Shown: positions 28,630 through 38,728, counted from the stretch's first letter. The stretch is 64,000 nt of DNA from Nitrosopumilus sp. BACL13 MAG-121220-bin23 (GCA_001437625.1 LIAL01000001.1:756-64755), one strand, 5' to 3'. Translations and numbers: made by a program. Notes: generated by a model not told the origin, from the sequence alone.

Positions 28630-28723
28630 TGGACCCGATGGGATTTGAACCCACGACCTTTGCGGGAATTTCTTCCTTACGCAGTGTGAGTGCGTCATCC
28701 AAACCAAACTAGACGACGGGTCC
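28630..28723 (-). tRNA. tRNA-Val (anticodon CAC) with a ~19-nt insertion (probable non-canonical intron) between the anticodon arm and the variable loop
   Basis: Hand fold: GGACCCG/CGGGTCC acceptor, ACGCA-CTCACAC-TGCGT anticodon arm (U33, A37), AGGTC variable loop, GTGGG-TTCAAAT-CCCAT T arm. The extra AAGGAAGAAATTCCCGCAA is rc of 28660-28678. The D stem is weak (wobbles). Confidence 0.75.
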
Positions 28724-28852
28724 AATCAATTTATGACAGTGCCTGTTTTTTATCTTTAGTTTTTTGATATTTTGTAATTACCTAACCTTTTTCTATGAAT
28801 TGTTGAAAGATATTTCATATCTCTAAAAGAATTTGACACTGTAATTGATAGG

Positions 28853-29065
28853 ATGAATTTGGCTTTTGACTCTGCTAATAATCTTGGTCAATTTATTGCT
28901 GCAGGAAGAATTCTATTTCAAATGAATGAATTTTTACCTGATGATCTACAATTATCTCTTGAAGAAATAGATGATCCCAATGCTGCAAAATCCTTCATTC
29001 TTGAAAATGAATCAAACTTAAAAATTGCAATTAGAGAATATCGTGAAAGTTTAATGTTACTTTAA
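28853..29065 (+). CDS. hypothetical protein
   Basis: 70 aa; no motif recognised. Confidence 0.35.
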   Translation: MNLAFDSANNLGQFIAAGRILFQMNEFLPDDLQLSLEEIDDPNAAKSFILENESNLKIAIREYRESLMLL

Positions 29066-29067
29066 TT

Positions 29068-29235
29068 CTATTTCTTTACACCGAGATTTCTGTTCTTTAA
29101 TCTCAAATATGGATTTCTACATTTTCTACATCTTGTTGCACTAATATCGTTCCTACCACCACATTTGAAACATATTTTCATAACTAAACGTGCTTGCTGT
29201 GCAATTCGTTTTTTTTCAGGGTCTGTGATAGGCAT
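29068..29235 (-). CDS. rpl40e: 50S ribosomal protein L40e (eL40), below the ORF-track cutoff
   Basis: My translation: MPITDPEKKRIAQQARLVMKICFKCGGRNDISATRCRKCRNPYLRLKNRNLGVKK*. It closely matches the archaeal L40e pattern MPxTDP...ICxKCG...CRKC...LRxK. Confidence 0.9.
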   Translation of the reverse strand: MPITDPEKKRIAQQARLVMKICFKCGGRNDISATRCRKCRNPYLRLKNRNLGVKK

Positions 29236-29261
29236 TTAATTTTATCCTCAGTCTCTTCCTT

Positions 29262-30182
29262 TTATTCTAATCTATTTTCCATTTTTCCTGCTAATAAAAC
29301 CGGAACTTCTGCTGGTCTTTTTGCTACTGGAATGTTTGCTTTGTTAAACATTGATACTTTTGATTCTGCAGATCCATAGGTTCCCATTACAATCGCACCT
29401 GCGTGACCCATTCGTTTTTCTTTTGGTGCTGCTCTTCCTGCAATGTATGCTACAGTTGGTTTGTTAAATCCTAAATCCATAATTTTTTGGGCTAACATTT
29501 CTTCAGAATCTCCTCCGATCTCTCCTACAATTACTAATCCTTCTAGATCTGAAATATCTTTCACCATTTCAAATGCGTCAATTAGTCTGGTACCGTTTAC
29601 TGGATCTCCTCCAATCCCAATTGTGATTGATTGTCCAAATCCTGCATTAGTTAGTGCATCTGAAATTTCATAAAGCAATGTTCCACTTTTTGATAATACT
29701 GCAATTTTACCTGCTTTGAAAGGCATTGGTGGCATAATTCCAATTTTAATTAATTCTGGAATCATTATTCCTGGAGTATTTGGTCCGATGATTATTGCTC
29801 CTTTTTGTTTTGCTAAATCTAATGCTTCCATTGTATCTCTAATTGGTACATGTTCTGGGATTGCAACTAGTAATTTAATTCCTGAATTTAATGCATCTTT
29901 TGCTGCTCCTAAGAAAAATTTTGCTGGAACAAAAATAATTGAAATTTTAGCATTTGTTGCATCTACTGCTTCTTGCATTGAATTGTATATTGGGATTGTT
30001 TCTTCAAATTTTTGACCACCTTTACCTGGAGTTACCCCTGCAACTACGTTAGTTCCATAAGATATCATTTGTTTTGCATGAATTGAACCGTATGAGCCTG
30101 TAATTCCTTGAACAATAACTCCTTTTTTCTCATAATCTGTATCTCCTGGTTTTCCTTTTAGTAATTCAAAAATATCTGTCAT
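29262..30182 (-). CDS. sucD: succinate--CoA ligase (ADP-forming) alpha subunit
   Basis: VIVQGITGSYG, SKSGTLLYE and the MGHAGAIV phosphohistidine loop. The ATGA overlap links it to sucC. Confidence 0.85.
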   Translation of the reverse strand: MTDIFELLKGKPGDTDYEKKGVIVQGITGSYGSIHAKQMISYGTNVVAGVTPGKGGQKFEETIPIYNSMQEAVDATNAKISIIFVPAKFFLGAAKDALNSGIKLLVAIPEHVPIRDTMEALDLAKQKGAIIIGPNTPGIMIPELIKIGIMPPMPFKAGKIAVLSKSGTLLYEISDALTNAGFGQSITIGIGGDPVNGTRLIDAFEMVKDISDLEGLVIVGEIGGDSEEMLAQKIMDLGFNKPTVAYIAGRAAPKEKRMGHAGAIVMGTYGSAESKVSMFNKANIPVAKRPAEVPVLLAGKMENRLE

Positions 30183-31285
30183 TTTTTTGTCCCCATTACT
30201 GCTGCATTAATTGCTTCTTCAATTGAATCAAATATTTTGGTTTTAGAACCTTGTAACATCTCTTTTGCTTTTTCTGACTCAGTACCTTTTAGTCTTGAGA
30301 ATACTGGTATGTCAATTAGATTATTTTCATATGCTTTAAGAAATGCTTCTGCCACAACTGTGGTCTTAACAATTCCTCCATACAAGTTTACTAGTATTCC
30401 TTTCACTCTGTTCAATTTACTTATCAAAGTTAATGCCTCATAAACTGATTCTGTAGTGGCGCCGCCACCAACATCTAGAAAACATGCTGGTTTTCCACCG
30501 TTATCTGATAACATATCTAGTGTTGACATTACAAGTCCCGCACCATTACCTACAACTGCTATATCTCCATCTAACTCTATTAATGAAAATCCACTTTTTT
30601 CAGCTTGTTCTTCTATCTCTGTTCTTTCTTGATATTTTTGTAATTCTTCATGTCTGAAATTTGCATTATCATCTGTTACAAATTTACCATCTAATGCCAT
30701 CACTGTATCATCTTGCATAATTGCAAGTGGATTAATTTCTACTAATTCAGCTTCTTTTTCAATTGTTAATTTTGATAATTTTTTTAGTGTATCTACAACT
30801 CCTTCTGCCGTTATTCCTTCTAATCCCATCTCTTTTGCAACTTCTTTTGCAACTTCATCAGAGACATGTCCTAATCCTATTTCTTTAATAATTTGATTTT
30901 TGACTGATTCAATTTCAACCCCTCCGTCTGCTGATGCAATAATTGTGTAGCATCTTTTTGAACGATTTAGAAATATGGATAGGTATAATTCTTTTTTAAT
31001 ATCTGCCATTTTTTCTAGTAGAATTGCTCTTGCTTTTTCACCTTTAATTTCTAAATCCATTACCTGTGGATATTTAATGTCAAATTCATCATCATTTTGA
31101 CATTTTTGAATGCCTCCTGCTTTACCTCTACCGCCTACAGGTACTTGAATTTTAATTACAAATGGATATCCTAATTGTTTTGCATGTTTTCTTCCTTCTT
31201 CAATATTTGTTGAGGATATGCTATCAAGTAGACTAATTCCATATTCTCGAAAAAGCTCTTTTGCTTGAAATTCTAATAGTTGCAT
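30179..31285 (-). CDS. sucC: succinate--CoA ligase beta subunit (ATP-grasp)
   Basis: MQLLEFQAKELFREYGI..., VIKIQVPVGGRGKAGGI, GNGAGLVMSTLD. Confidence 0.85.
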   Translation of the reverse strand: MQLLEFQAKELFREYGISLLDSISSTNIEEGRKHAKQLGYPFVIKIQVPVGGRGKAGGIQKCQNDDEFDIKYPQVMDLEIKGEKARAILLEKMADIKKELYLSIFLNRSKRCYTIIASADGGVEIESVKNQIIKEIGLGHVSDEVAKEVAKEMGLEGITAEGVVDTLKKLSKLTIEKEAELVEINPLAIMQDDTVMALDGKFVTDDNANFRHEELQKYQERTEIEEQAEKSGFSLIELDGDIAVVGNGAGLVMSTLDMLSDNGGKPACFLDVGGGATTESVYEALTLISKLNRVKGILVNLYGGIVKTTVVAEAFLKAYENNLIDIPVFSRLKGTESEKAKEMLQGSKTKIFDSIEEAINAAVMGTKK

Positions 31286-31325
31286 GCAAGTGAAGGGAAT
31301 TTTACGGTCTTTATTAACTATGATG

Positions 31326-31670
31326 CTATTTTAATTGCTCTTGAAGAAAATCAACCATTTCTAAAAATCGATCTTTACTTTTTCTCAATAATTCTTGTGG
31401 ATACTCTTCAATTCTAAAAACAAATTGTTGATGAAAACTTGGAACTAGTATTCCTCCGGATGTGACCATTTGTTCAATTACATATCCTTTGGTGAGACTG
31501 CAAACAATTTCCTCATAAGATTCATCTTCTTCATCTAGAGTTTGTCTGTACAAAATAATCGGTCTGTTTGTTTTGGCAACAATGTCTGATCCTTTTTTTA
31601 ATAGATCTACTAATTGTTGAATTTGCCAAGCATCTAGACTAATCTGTTTTACCATACTTTGTCTATGCAA
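31326..31670 (-). CDS. hypothetical protein (the likely true start is ATG at 31655, MVKQISLD)
   Basis: 114 aa from TTG; no motif recognised. Confidence 0.4.
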   Translation of the reverse strand: MHRQSMVKQISLDAWQIQQLVDLLKKGSDIVAKTNRPIILYRQTLDEEDESYEEIVCSLTKGYVIEQMVTSGGILVPSFHQQFVFRIEEYPQELLRKSKDRFLEMVDFLQEQLK

Positions 31671-31766
31671 TTTTCTATTTAACCATAATAAAACAAATCT
31701 TCTTCACACATTGTCATCAATAAAATTACTTAATTTTTAATTAAAATAAAGAAAATGATTTGGCAC

Positions 31767-32351
31767 TTATGCCATATCTAATGCTCTAGAATGTTTGCCT
31801 GTATGTGGTCTTTCTCCTGCATACTTTCTTCGCATGTGTCCTGATGGTCTTCCATAGATTAACTCTAAGAACCAAGACTCATGTTCAATCTCTTCAGCAA
31901 GAATATCTTTTGCAATATCGTATGTAACTGGATCTTTTCCAAATGTCATTTGACAAATTTTATTCCAATTAACAATTGCACCTTGTTCTGCTTTGAGGCA
32001 TTTTTCTAGAATTGCTTTATGATCTGTTGGGTTTGCTGGAAGTTGTAAGAACTCACAACCTGACATTTTAATAAATGCAGTTGCATCATTTGGGAGAATT
32101 CCTCCTAATTGATAGATTCTTTCAAGACATGATTCAAAATGACTAAGATCTTCTAATCTTGCATCTTCAATAATTCCTTTGAGTCCTTCTCCTTCCATAC
32201 CTGTACAATGTGCTCTGAGATTAGTAAAGTAATAGTATGCTGTAAATTCAACTGCAGCATTTTTGATTAATTCCTTTACTAATTCATCCACATCTAGGCC
32301 GTTTTGTTTCAAAACGTTAATTCCAACAACGTTTGGGTTTGAATCAGACAT
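31767..32351 (-). CDS. ferritin-like / Dps-like (DPSL) protein
   Basis: Four-helix ferritin-like pattern with E...E..H di-iron ligands (AAVEFTAYYYF..., LEDLSHFES, AEEIEHESW); 194 aa. Confidence 0.7.
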   Translation of the reverse strand: MSDSNPNVVGINVLKQNGLDVDELVKELIKNAAVEFTAYYYFTNLRAHCTGMEGEGLKGIIEDARLEDLSHFESCLERIYQLGGILPNDATAFIKMSGCEFLQLPANPTDHKAILEKCLKAEQGAIVNWNKICQMTFGKDPVTYDIAKDILAEEIEHESWFLELIYGRPSGHMRRKYAGERPHTGKHSRALDMA

Positions 32352-32396
32352 TTCTTTGTGTAGTAAATGATTCTAATAAAAATATTGCATTAAATT

Positions 32397-35300
32397 CTAT
32401 TCTACGGATATTCTAATTTTTAGACCATCTATGTCATCATCTTTGTATTCTTTACATGATTCTTCAAAATTTACTTTTTTTACTCTTACTAAAAATGCCA
32501 ATTCCTCATCTCTTTCTTTAATCATTTCTAATGATTCTTCATCTAACTCTAAAATTGATGCCACTTCCAAAACATCAGTTGGATTATACCCTTTTTCTTT
32601 TCTGAGAGTTTGCAATCTTCTTGCAATATCTTTTACCAATCCTTTTGCCATCATTTCTTTATTTCTTAATGTTGAAATGAATACCACAAATTCATCTCTT
32701 TTTGATATTGCAAAATTTTCATTTGCATCAAAATCTACAATGAAATCTTCTTTGTCTAATGAAATTATTTCATCATCAATTTTAAAATCATATTTTCCAT
32801 TTTTTTGTAATACTAAAACAATTTCTTCTGGATTTGTTTCTTTAAACATGCTTACTATCTTTCCCATGTGCTGTTTTACTTTTGGACCTATTTTTTTTCT
32901 TTCTAATTCTAATGTTGCTTTTACTGGTAATCCTAATTTTTTTAATTCTAGTAATTGATCTAGTCCACTTTCTTCTTCTGTTTCAAAAATGTTAAATTTC
33001 TCCACATTGAGTTGTGATTTTAGTAAATCTGTCAAAGATTCTAATTTTATTTTCTGGTTCTTCTTTACACAAATTTGTGCTTCATTTAATGGCCATCGTC
33101 TTTTTAATTTCCCCTTCATTCTTGCAGCTGATGATATGGATACTATGTCCTTCATAATGTCAAATGATTCTTCAATTTCTTCATTTACTAGTAATTCCTG
33201 ATATTGTGGCCATTTGTCTAGTAGAATACTTTGTTTTCCCTGAAATACTGTTTGGTACAGATGTTCGCTGGTATATGGGCAAAATGGATGAATCAGAATA
33301 TCTAGTGTTTTGAGTACTTCACTTAACACTGCATAAATTGCAAGGCGTCTATTTTTCTTCTCTTCGGATTCATCCCATAACTCTCCTCTTGTAATTGGAA
33401 TGTATATTTGACTAAGATTACTAATTATGAAATCATCTATTGCTTTTGCCCCCTCATGGAACTTACATGTCTCATTTTTTTCTGTCATTTTTTGAATTAA
33501 TTTTTGAAGTTTTGACAATAACCAAATATCTGGGGATGTTAGGGCATTGTTATTTTTAGCCCATTCTATTGTGTTTGTTTTATCAAAATTATCGTATTGA
33601 CTATTTTGTTTAAAGTATAGATGCAGATTGAACAATGTGTTAATTACTTGATATGGTCTTGACATTAATTCATCCGTACTGAAACTAAGTGGTTCAATCG
33701 GACTTGCTTTCCACATGAAATAGAATCTTATCAAATCAACTGGATATTTTTTTAGTAGTTCTGCACCTTCCAAAACATTACCTTTACTTTTACTCATTTT
33801 TCTTCCTTTTTCATCTAGTACGTGCCCTTGAAACAAAAATGACTTGTATGGTGGAGTAGCACTATTGTTTAGAATTACATTTTCAATTAGTAATGTGTAT
33901 GCCCAGCCTCTTGTTTGATCAATACCCTCAGTAAAAAATGGCGCTGGGATTTCTTTTTCATATTCTTCATTTGTTAGTGATGCATATGGTGCAGCTCCAC
34001 TATTATGCCATGTATCTAAAACATACTCTTCTCTTTTTGTTTTGACACTATTGCATTTTTTACATTTTACTGTTATGTTATCAATCCATGGTCTATGTAA
34101 TTCAAAGTCTGGTCCATCTGGTAATTTATCTGCAGAATCTACAATCTCTTTTCTTGTAAAAAACCAATTTTTTTCACCACAATCTTCACAATTCCATACT
34201 GGTAATGGGCAACCCCAAATCCTTTCTCGTGAAATACACCATGGATGTCTTTCTTTAATAATTCCTAAAAATCTATTTTTTGGTTGTTCAAAAAAGTATT
34301 CTACACTTTCTGCAGCCTCTATTGCTTTGTTACCTAATCTATCTAACTTGTAAAACCAACCCCTTCTTGCCAGCCATACAATTGGATGATGTGATCTCCA
34401 ACAAAGTGGATACTTGTGTTTTATTTTTCCAATTTTAACTAATGCTTCACATTCTTTTAGATCTTCTACAATTACTCTATCTGCATCTCTAACAAACATG
34501 TCTTCGTATTTTCCTGCCTGATTGGTGAATTTTACTTCGTCATTTATTGGATTAAAAATTTTTACTTTTCTTTTATTTGCAATTTTGATATCTTCTTCTC
34601 CGTTTGCTGGTGATAAGTGCACTAATCCACTACCTGTACTTGCATCAACAAATGATTCTGACACTGCAACGTGGTAGTTATCTAATTTTGAATATTCCTT
34701 TAACTCTGGAATTACATCTAGCAATGGATGGATGTATTTTTTTCCTTCAAATTCAGAACCTTTGACTGTTTTTTGAATTTCATACTTCTCAATTTTTACT
34801 TCTAGCATGAACTCCTCTAATCTTGTTTTCCCTATCACCCATGTTTCATTTTCTACTTTGACATACGCATAATCTTCATTTGGATTTAATCCGACCATTG
34901 CATCTGTAACAAGTGTAAATGGCATTGTAGTCCATACAACTAAAAATGCATCTTCGTTCACTAACTTTACTTTGTAGTACAGTGATGGATCCTTAACTTC
35001 TTCATATCCTTGATTAACTTCTGCATGACTTAGTGATGTTTGACAGCTTGGACAATATGCAATAACTGTAAAGTCTTCTTCTAGAATTTTATTTTCATAT
35101 GCTTTTTTGAGTACTTGCCATTCTCTTTCTATAAATTCATCTTTAAACGTCCAGTATGCTTTTTTATGATTAAAGGACATTCCAAGTAAATCATCTACTT
35201 CGACCCATGTTTTGTTAAATTTCTCTACAACTTTTTTGCATTCTGAAACAATTCTTTCTACTCCAAATTCTTTGATGGCTTCTGTTTTTCCACCTGAAAC

Positions 35301-35594
35301 TCCTAATTCTTTTTCAACTTGTAATTCTACTGGTAGTCCTTGTGTGTCCCATCCGCCATTAAATTGGATTTTTTTACCTTGTAATGTGTTAAATCTATAC
35401 CATAAATCCTTCATTACTCTGCCTCTAAGATGACCTGCATGTGGAATCCCGTTCATTGTTGGAGGTCCTTCAATGAATCTAATTTTTTCAGGCTTATCTG
35501 ATGCAAAAATTAGTTTTTCAATATCTATGGATTTGATATATTCTTTAATTTCTGATTCTATTGCTTTTGCATCAAATTTTGAATTTAACTCCAT
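32397..35594 (-). CDS. ileS: isoleucine--tRNA ligase
   Basis: PPTMNGIPHAGH (HIGH region), KMSKSKGN and Zn-binding CxxC pairs; 1065 aa. Several + strand shadow ORFs inside it are rejected. Confidence 0.95.
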   Translation of the reverse strand: MELNSKFDAKAIESEIKEYIKSIDIEKLIFASDKPEKIRFIEGPPTMNGIPHAGHLRGRVMKDLWYRFNTLQGKKIQFNGGWDTQGLPVELQVEKELGVSGGKTEAIKEFGVERIVSECKKVVEKFNKTWVEVDDLLGMSFNHKKAYWTFKDEFIEREWQVLKKAYENKILEEDFTVIAYCPSCQTSLSHAEVNQGYEEVKDPSLYYKVKLVNEDAFLVVWTTMPFTLVTDAMVGLNPNEDYAYVKVENETWVIGKTRLEEFMLEVKIEKYEIQKTVKGSEFEGKKYIHPLLDVIPELKEYSKLDNYHVAVSESFVDASTGSGLVHLSPANGEEDIKIANKRKVKIFNPINDEVKFTNQAGKYEDMFVRDADRVIVEDLKECEALVKIGKIKHKYPLCWRSHHPIVWLARRGWFYKLDRLGNKAIEAAESVEYFFEQPKNRFLGIIKERHPWCISRERIWGCPLPVWNCEDCGEKNWFFTRKEIVDSADKLPDGPDFELHRPWIDNITVKCKKCNSVKTKREEYVLDTWHNSGAAPYASLTNEEYEKEIPAPFFTEGIDQTRGWAYTLLIENVILNNSATPPYKSFLFQGHVLDEKGRKMSKSKGNVLEGAELLKKYPVDLIRFYFMWKASPIEPLSFSTDELMSRPYQVINTLFNLHLYFKQNSQYDNFDKTNTIEWAKNNNALTSPDIWLLSKLQKLIQKMTEKNETCKFHEGAKAIDDFIISNLSQIYIPITRGELWDESEEKKNRRLAIYAVLSEVLKTLDILIHPFCPYTSEHLYQTVFQGKQSILLDKWPQYQELLVNEEIEESFDIMKDIVSISSAARMKGKLKRRWPLNEAQICVKKNQKIKLESLTDLLKSQLNVEKFNIFETEEESGLDQLLELKKLGLPVKATLELERKKIGPKVKQHMGKIVSMFKETNPEEIVLVLQKNGKYDFKIDDEIISLDKEDFIVDFDANENFAISKRDEFVVFISTLRNKEMMAKGLVKDIARRLQTLRKEKGYNPTDVLEVASILELDEESLEMIKERDEELAFLVRVKKVNFEESCKEYKDDDIDGLKIRISVE

Positions 35595-35681
35595 CTGGAT
35601 TTTGATGTGTGTGTGGCATTATAAAGATAAACAGATTTTTTGAGAATTGGATTATATAATTGAGCAACTGATATTTTTTTA

Positions 35682-36950
35682 TTGGTAAATATCCTTGTAA
35701 TTGGGTCTGGTGGACGAGAGCATGCATTATCTTGGAAGTTGTCTCAAAGTAATAAAGTTGAAACTGTTTTCACTGCTCCAGGTAACGGTGGTACTGAAAA
35801 CAATGTTCCTATTGATATTAATGATTTAGATGGATTAGCTGAATTTGCACAAAAAAATAATTGCTTTACTGTGGTTGGACCTGAAGATCCACTAGCTGCT
35901 GGAATTGTTGATAAATTCAATAAATTAAATCTCAGAGTTTTTGGACCGTCACAAGCAGCTGCACAACTTGAATCTAGTAAAATCTGGGCAAAAAATTTTA
36001 TGAAAAGAAATAATATTCCTACAGCAAGATTTGAAATATTTGATGATCCTCAAAAAGCAGAAGATCATGTAAACTCAATTGATTACAATGTTGTAGTAAA
36101 AGCTGATGGATTAGCTGCTGGAAAAGGAGTAATTGTTTGCAACAATAAAGATGAGGCTATTTCTGCTATACAAACAATTTTGGTAAAAAAAACATTTGGC
36201 AATGCTGGAAATAAAATTATTATCGAAGAGAGAATTGATGGTATTGAGGCTTCTTACATTGCAATATCTGATGGCAATGTGGCACTTCCAATGGCCTCTA
36301 GTCAGGATCATAAAAGAATCTTTGATGATGATAAGGGTCCCAATACTGGAGGCATGGGTGCGTATTCTCCAACACCTGTGATTACTGATGTCTTGGCAAA
36401 AAAAATCCAAGAGGAAGTAATTGAAAAAACTATCCATGCCATGAAAAGTGAAGGAATTTCCTTTAAGGGATTTTTGTATGCTGGAATTATGCTTAAAGAT
36501 GGCGTGCCATATGTTTTAGAATATAATGTTCGCATGGGTGATCCTGAATGTCAACCCATTACGATGAGAATGAATTTTGATTTGTATGATTATTTTGTTG
36601 CAAGTGTTGATGGTACATTGTCTTCTATGCCTTTACTTTCTTGGAAAGATCAATTTGCTGTATGTGTTGTTTTAGCAGCTAGTGGATATCCTGACACATA
36701 TCCTACCAATGATGAGATTACTGGTTTTGATTCTATTTCAAATAACACTCATGTTTTTCATGCTGGAACTAAGAAATCTGATGGAGGAATTTTTTCTAAT
36801 GGTGGACGTGTTTTGGGAGTTACCTCTTTGGGTGATTCTTTAGATTCTGCAATAAATAATGCTTATTCTGCAACTGAACAAATTATCTGGTCTAACAAAT
36901 ACTGCAGAAAAGATATTGGTAAAAAAGGACTATCTTATTTTTCAGACTGA
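35682..36950 (+). CDS. purD: phosphoribosylamine--glycine ligase
   Basis: (TTG)VNILVIGSGGREHALSWKL... and the ATP-grasp core. No in-frame ATG is available near the conserved N-terminus. Confidence 0.9.
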   Translation: MVNILVIGSGGREHALSWKLSQSNKVETVFTAPGNGGTENNVPIDINDLDGLAEFAQKNNCFTVVGPEDPLAAGIVDKFNKLNLRVFGPSQAAAQLESSKIWAKNFMKRNNIPTARFEIFDDPQKAEDHVNSIDYNVVVKADGLAAGKGVIVCNNKDEAISAIQTILVKKTFGNAGNKIIIEERIDGIEASYIAISDGNVALPMASSQDHKRIFDDDKGPNTGGMGAYSPTPVITDVLAKKIQEEVIEKTIHAMKSEGISFKGFLYAGIMLKDGVPYVLEYNVRMGDPECQPITMRMNFDLYDYFVASVDGTLSSMPLLSWKDQFAVCVVLAASGYPDTYPTNDEITGFDSISNNTHVFHAGTKKSDGGIFSNGGRVLGVTSLGDSLDSAINNAYSATEQIIWSNKYCRKDIGKKGLSYFSD

Positions 36951-37498
36951 AACATTCTATCTTCCGTTATAATCCAGTCTATGCTTATGTCATGTTCTGA
37001 TTTTGGAATATTTTTTATGATTTGTTTTTCCAATGTTAGTGAAATTGTTAACGCGTCTTTTTTTTCTAAAAATTTATCATAAAACCCGTGACCATATCCT
37101 AGTCTAACTCCTGAAGGTGATATTCCTACAGTTGGAACCACTATGATGTCCAAATAATTATCCACTTGACAGTCTTCTTTAGGTTCCATGATGCCAAAAT
37201 TACCGCTTTCTAGGCTTGAAAAATCTTTAATTTTTCTAAACTCTATATTTTCACCTATAACTTTAGGCAAAAATACTTCTTTTCCTTTACTAATTAATTC
37301 TTGAATTATATCTTGAGTTAAAATTTCACTTCCTATTGGATAGTAAAGTCCTATTTTTTCGGCATCTTTGAATGCATATACTTTGTTTATTCTTTTTTGT
37401 ATTTTTTTACTTGCAATTTTTAATAAATCAAAAGATGTATTATCTCTTCTTTCTAGAAGAAGTTCTCTTAATGCATTTTTTTTACTATTATCTTCCAA
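36935..37498 (-). CDS. 5-formyltetrahydrofolate cyclo-ligase
   Basis: LRELLLERR..., YYPIGSE, VRLGYGHGFYDKFL; overlaps folD by 11 nt. Confidence 0.75.
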   Translation of the reverse strand: MEDNSKKNALRELLLERRDNTSFDLLKIASKKIQKRINKVYAFKDAEKIGLYYPIGSEILTQDIIQELISKGKEVFLPKVIGENIEFRKIKDFSSLESGNFGIMEPKEDCQVDNYLDIIVVPTVGISPSGVRLGYGHGFYDKFLEKKDALTISLTLEKQIIKNIPKSEHDISIDWIITEDRMFQSEK

Positions 37499-38351
37499 TT
37501 TGAATTCCTAGTGATGTTGCAGTAATTGTATTTTTTAATAACATTGCAACTGTCATTGGTCCTACTCCTCCTGGAACTGGTGTTACAAATGATGCCTTTT
37601 CAATAATTTTTTCATAATCACAATCTCCTACCAGTTTATCTTCAAATCTTGATATCGCAACATCAATTACAATTGATCCTTCTTTGATCATCTCTGGAGT
37701 TAGAATAAACTTTGTTCTATCCCCTACTGCAGTTATGATGATATCTGCAGATTGGCAAAATTTTTCAATATCTTTTGTTCTAGAATGACATGTTATCACA
37801 GTTGCATTTTTTTCTAATAATAAATGATATAGAGGTTTACCGACAAGATTACTTCTATTGATTAGTACGATGTTTTTACCTTCCAAGTTTATGTTATGAT
37901 AATCAAACATTTCCATAACCCCTGATGGCGTACATGCAACAAGAACTGCTTTTTTCACTGCCAATAATCCTACATTATGTGGAGTAAGTCCATCTACATC
38001 CTTTATTGGTGATATTCGTGATGTAACTGCAAATTCATTCAAATGTTTTGGTAATGGTAGTTGAACTAAAATTCCATGCACTGATATATCTGCATTTAAT
38101 TCATCTATGATATTGTTAAGTTCCTGCTGAGTTACACTCTCATCAAGTTTGTGGTCTTTAGTAATGATGCCTACTTCTTCACATGCTTTGTGTTTATTTT
38201 TTACATATGTTGCAGAAGCTGGATTATTCCCAATTAACACTGTGGCCAGGCATGGGTTAATTCCTTCTTTTTTCAACTCATATGCTGCTTTTTTGACTCT
38301 GTCTTTGACTGTTTGAGCAATTATTTTTCCATCAATTTTAATTCCAGTCAT
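37488..38351 (-). CDS. folD: bifunctional methylenetetrahydrofolate dehydrogenase/cyclohydrolase
   Basis: LATVLIGNNPASATYVKNK, HGILVQLPLP, VPGGVGPMTVAMLL. Confidence 0.9.
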   Translation of the reverse strand: MTGIKIDGKIIAQTVKDRVKKAAYELKKEGINPCLATVLIGNNPASATYVKNKHKACEEVGIITKDHKLDESVTQQELNNIIDELNADISVHGILVQLPLPKHLNEFAVTSRISPIKDVDGLTPHNVGLLAVKKAVLVACTPSGVMEMFDYHNINLEGKNIVLINRSNLVGKPLYHLLLEKNATVITCHSRTKDIEKFCQSADIIITAVGDRTKFILTPEMIKEGSIVIDVAISRFEDKLVGDCDYEKIIEKASFVTPVPGGVGPMTVAMLLKNTITATSLGIQIGR

Positions 38352-38443
38352 AATAATTTCATAATTTATTGATATTTAATTCTTGGAAATCATTGTCAAG
38401 AATTTGAGAAAGTAAATTAAATGGGTTACTTCTTACTTTCTGT

Positions 38444-38728
38444 ATGTTTGTAATGATGGCCGATATACAACTCAAAGATAACACGGAAGATGATTTCAAA
38501 ATTTTGTTTTCAGAATCAAATAAAATTTTGTCCTCTTTCACTGGATTTGTATCTAGACGATTTCTAAAATCTATTGATGGAAGTTATCGAATAATTGTTG
38601 AACATGAAACTAAAGAAACTTTTATGACTATGATTCAAAGTCCCGAACATCAGGAATTTCATCCAAAATTACATTCTTTTATGAGTGCAGAACCCGTGAA
38701 AAAATTATTTACTATATCTGCTGAATAA
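38444..38728 (+). CDS. ABM (antibiotic biosynthesis monooxygenase-like) domain protein
   Basis: 94 aa ferredoxin-like pattern: F...F.GFVSRRFLKS.DGSYRIIVEHETKETFMTM..SPEH. Confidence 0.45.
   Translation: MFVMMADIQLKDNTEDDFKILFSESNKILSSFTGFVSRRFLKSIDGSYRIIVEHETKETFMTMIQSPEHQEFHPKLHSFMSAEPVKKLFTISAE

Noticed and set aside
27380-28852. Integrated provirus or mobile element at tRNA-Val
   Set aside because: No integrase, no capsid or replication genes, and I found no direct repeat of the tRNA 3' half. Only a single virus-like nuclease gene is present, which I keep as a lower-key finding.
32431-35433. Five + strand ORFs inside ileS (32431..32958, 32989..33201, 34042..34353, 35212..35433 and similar)
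   Set aside because: They are Ser/Phe/Asn-rich antisense shadows of a 1065-aa gene with unmistakable class I synthetase motifs.
35595-35681. C/D box-like elements (TGATGT ... CTGA) in the ileS/purD divergent region
   Set aside because: The boxes are degenerate and there are no D'/C' boxes at guide-length spacing. This is more simply a divergent promoter region.
38359-38541. 60-aa minus-strand ORF between folD and the ABM gene
   Set aside because: It overlaps the start of the ABM-domain ORF, has no motif, and probably lies in the promoter/5' region.
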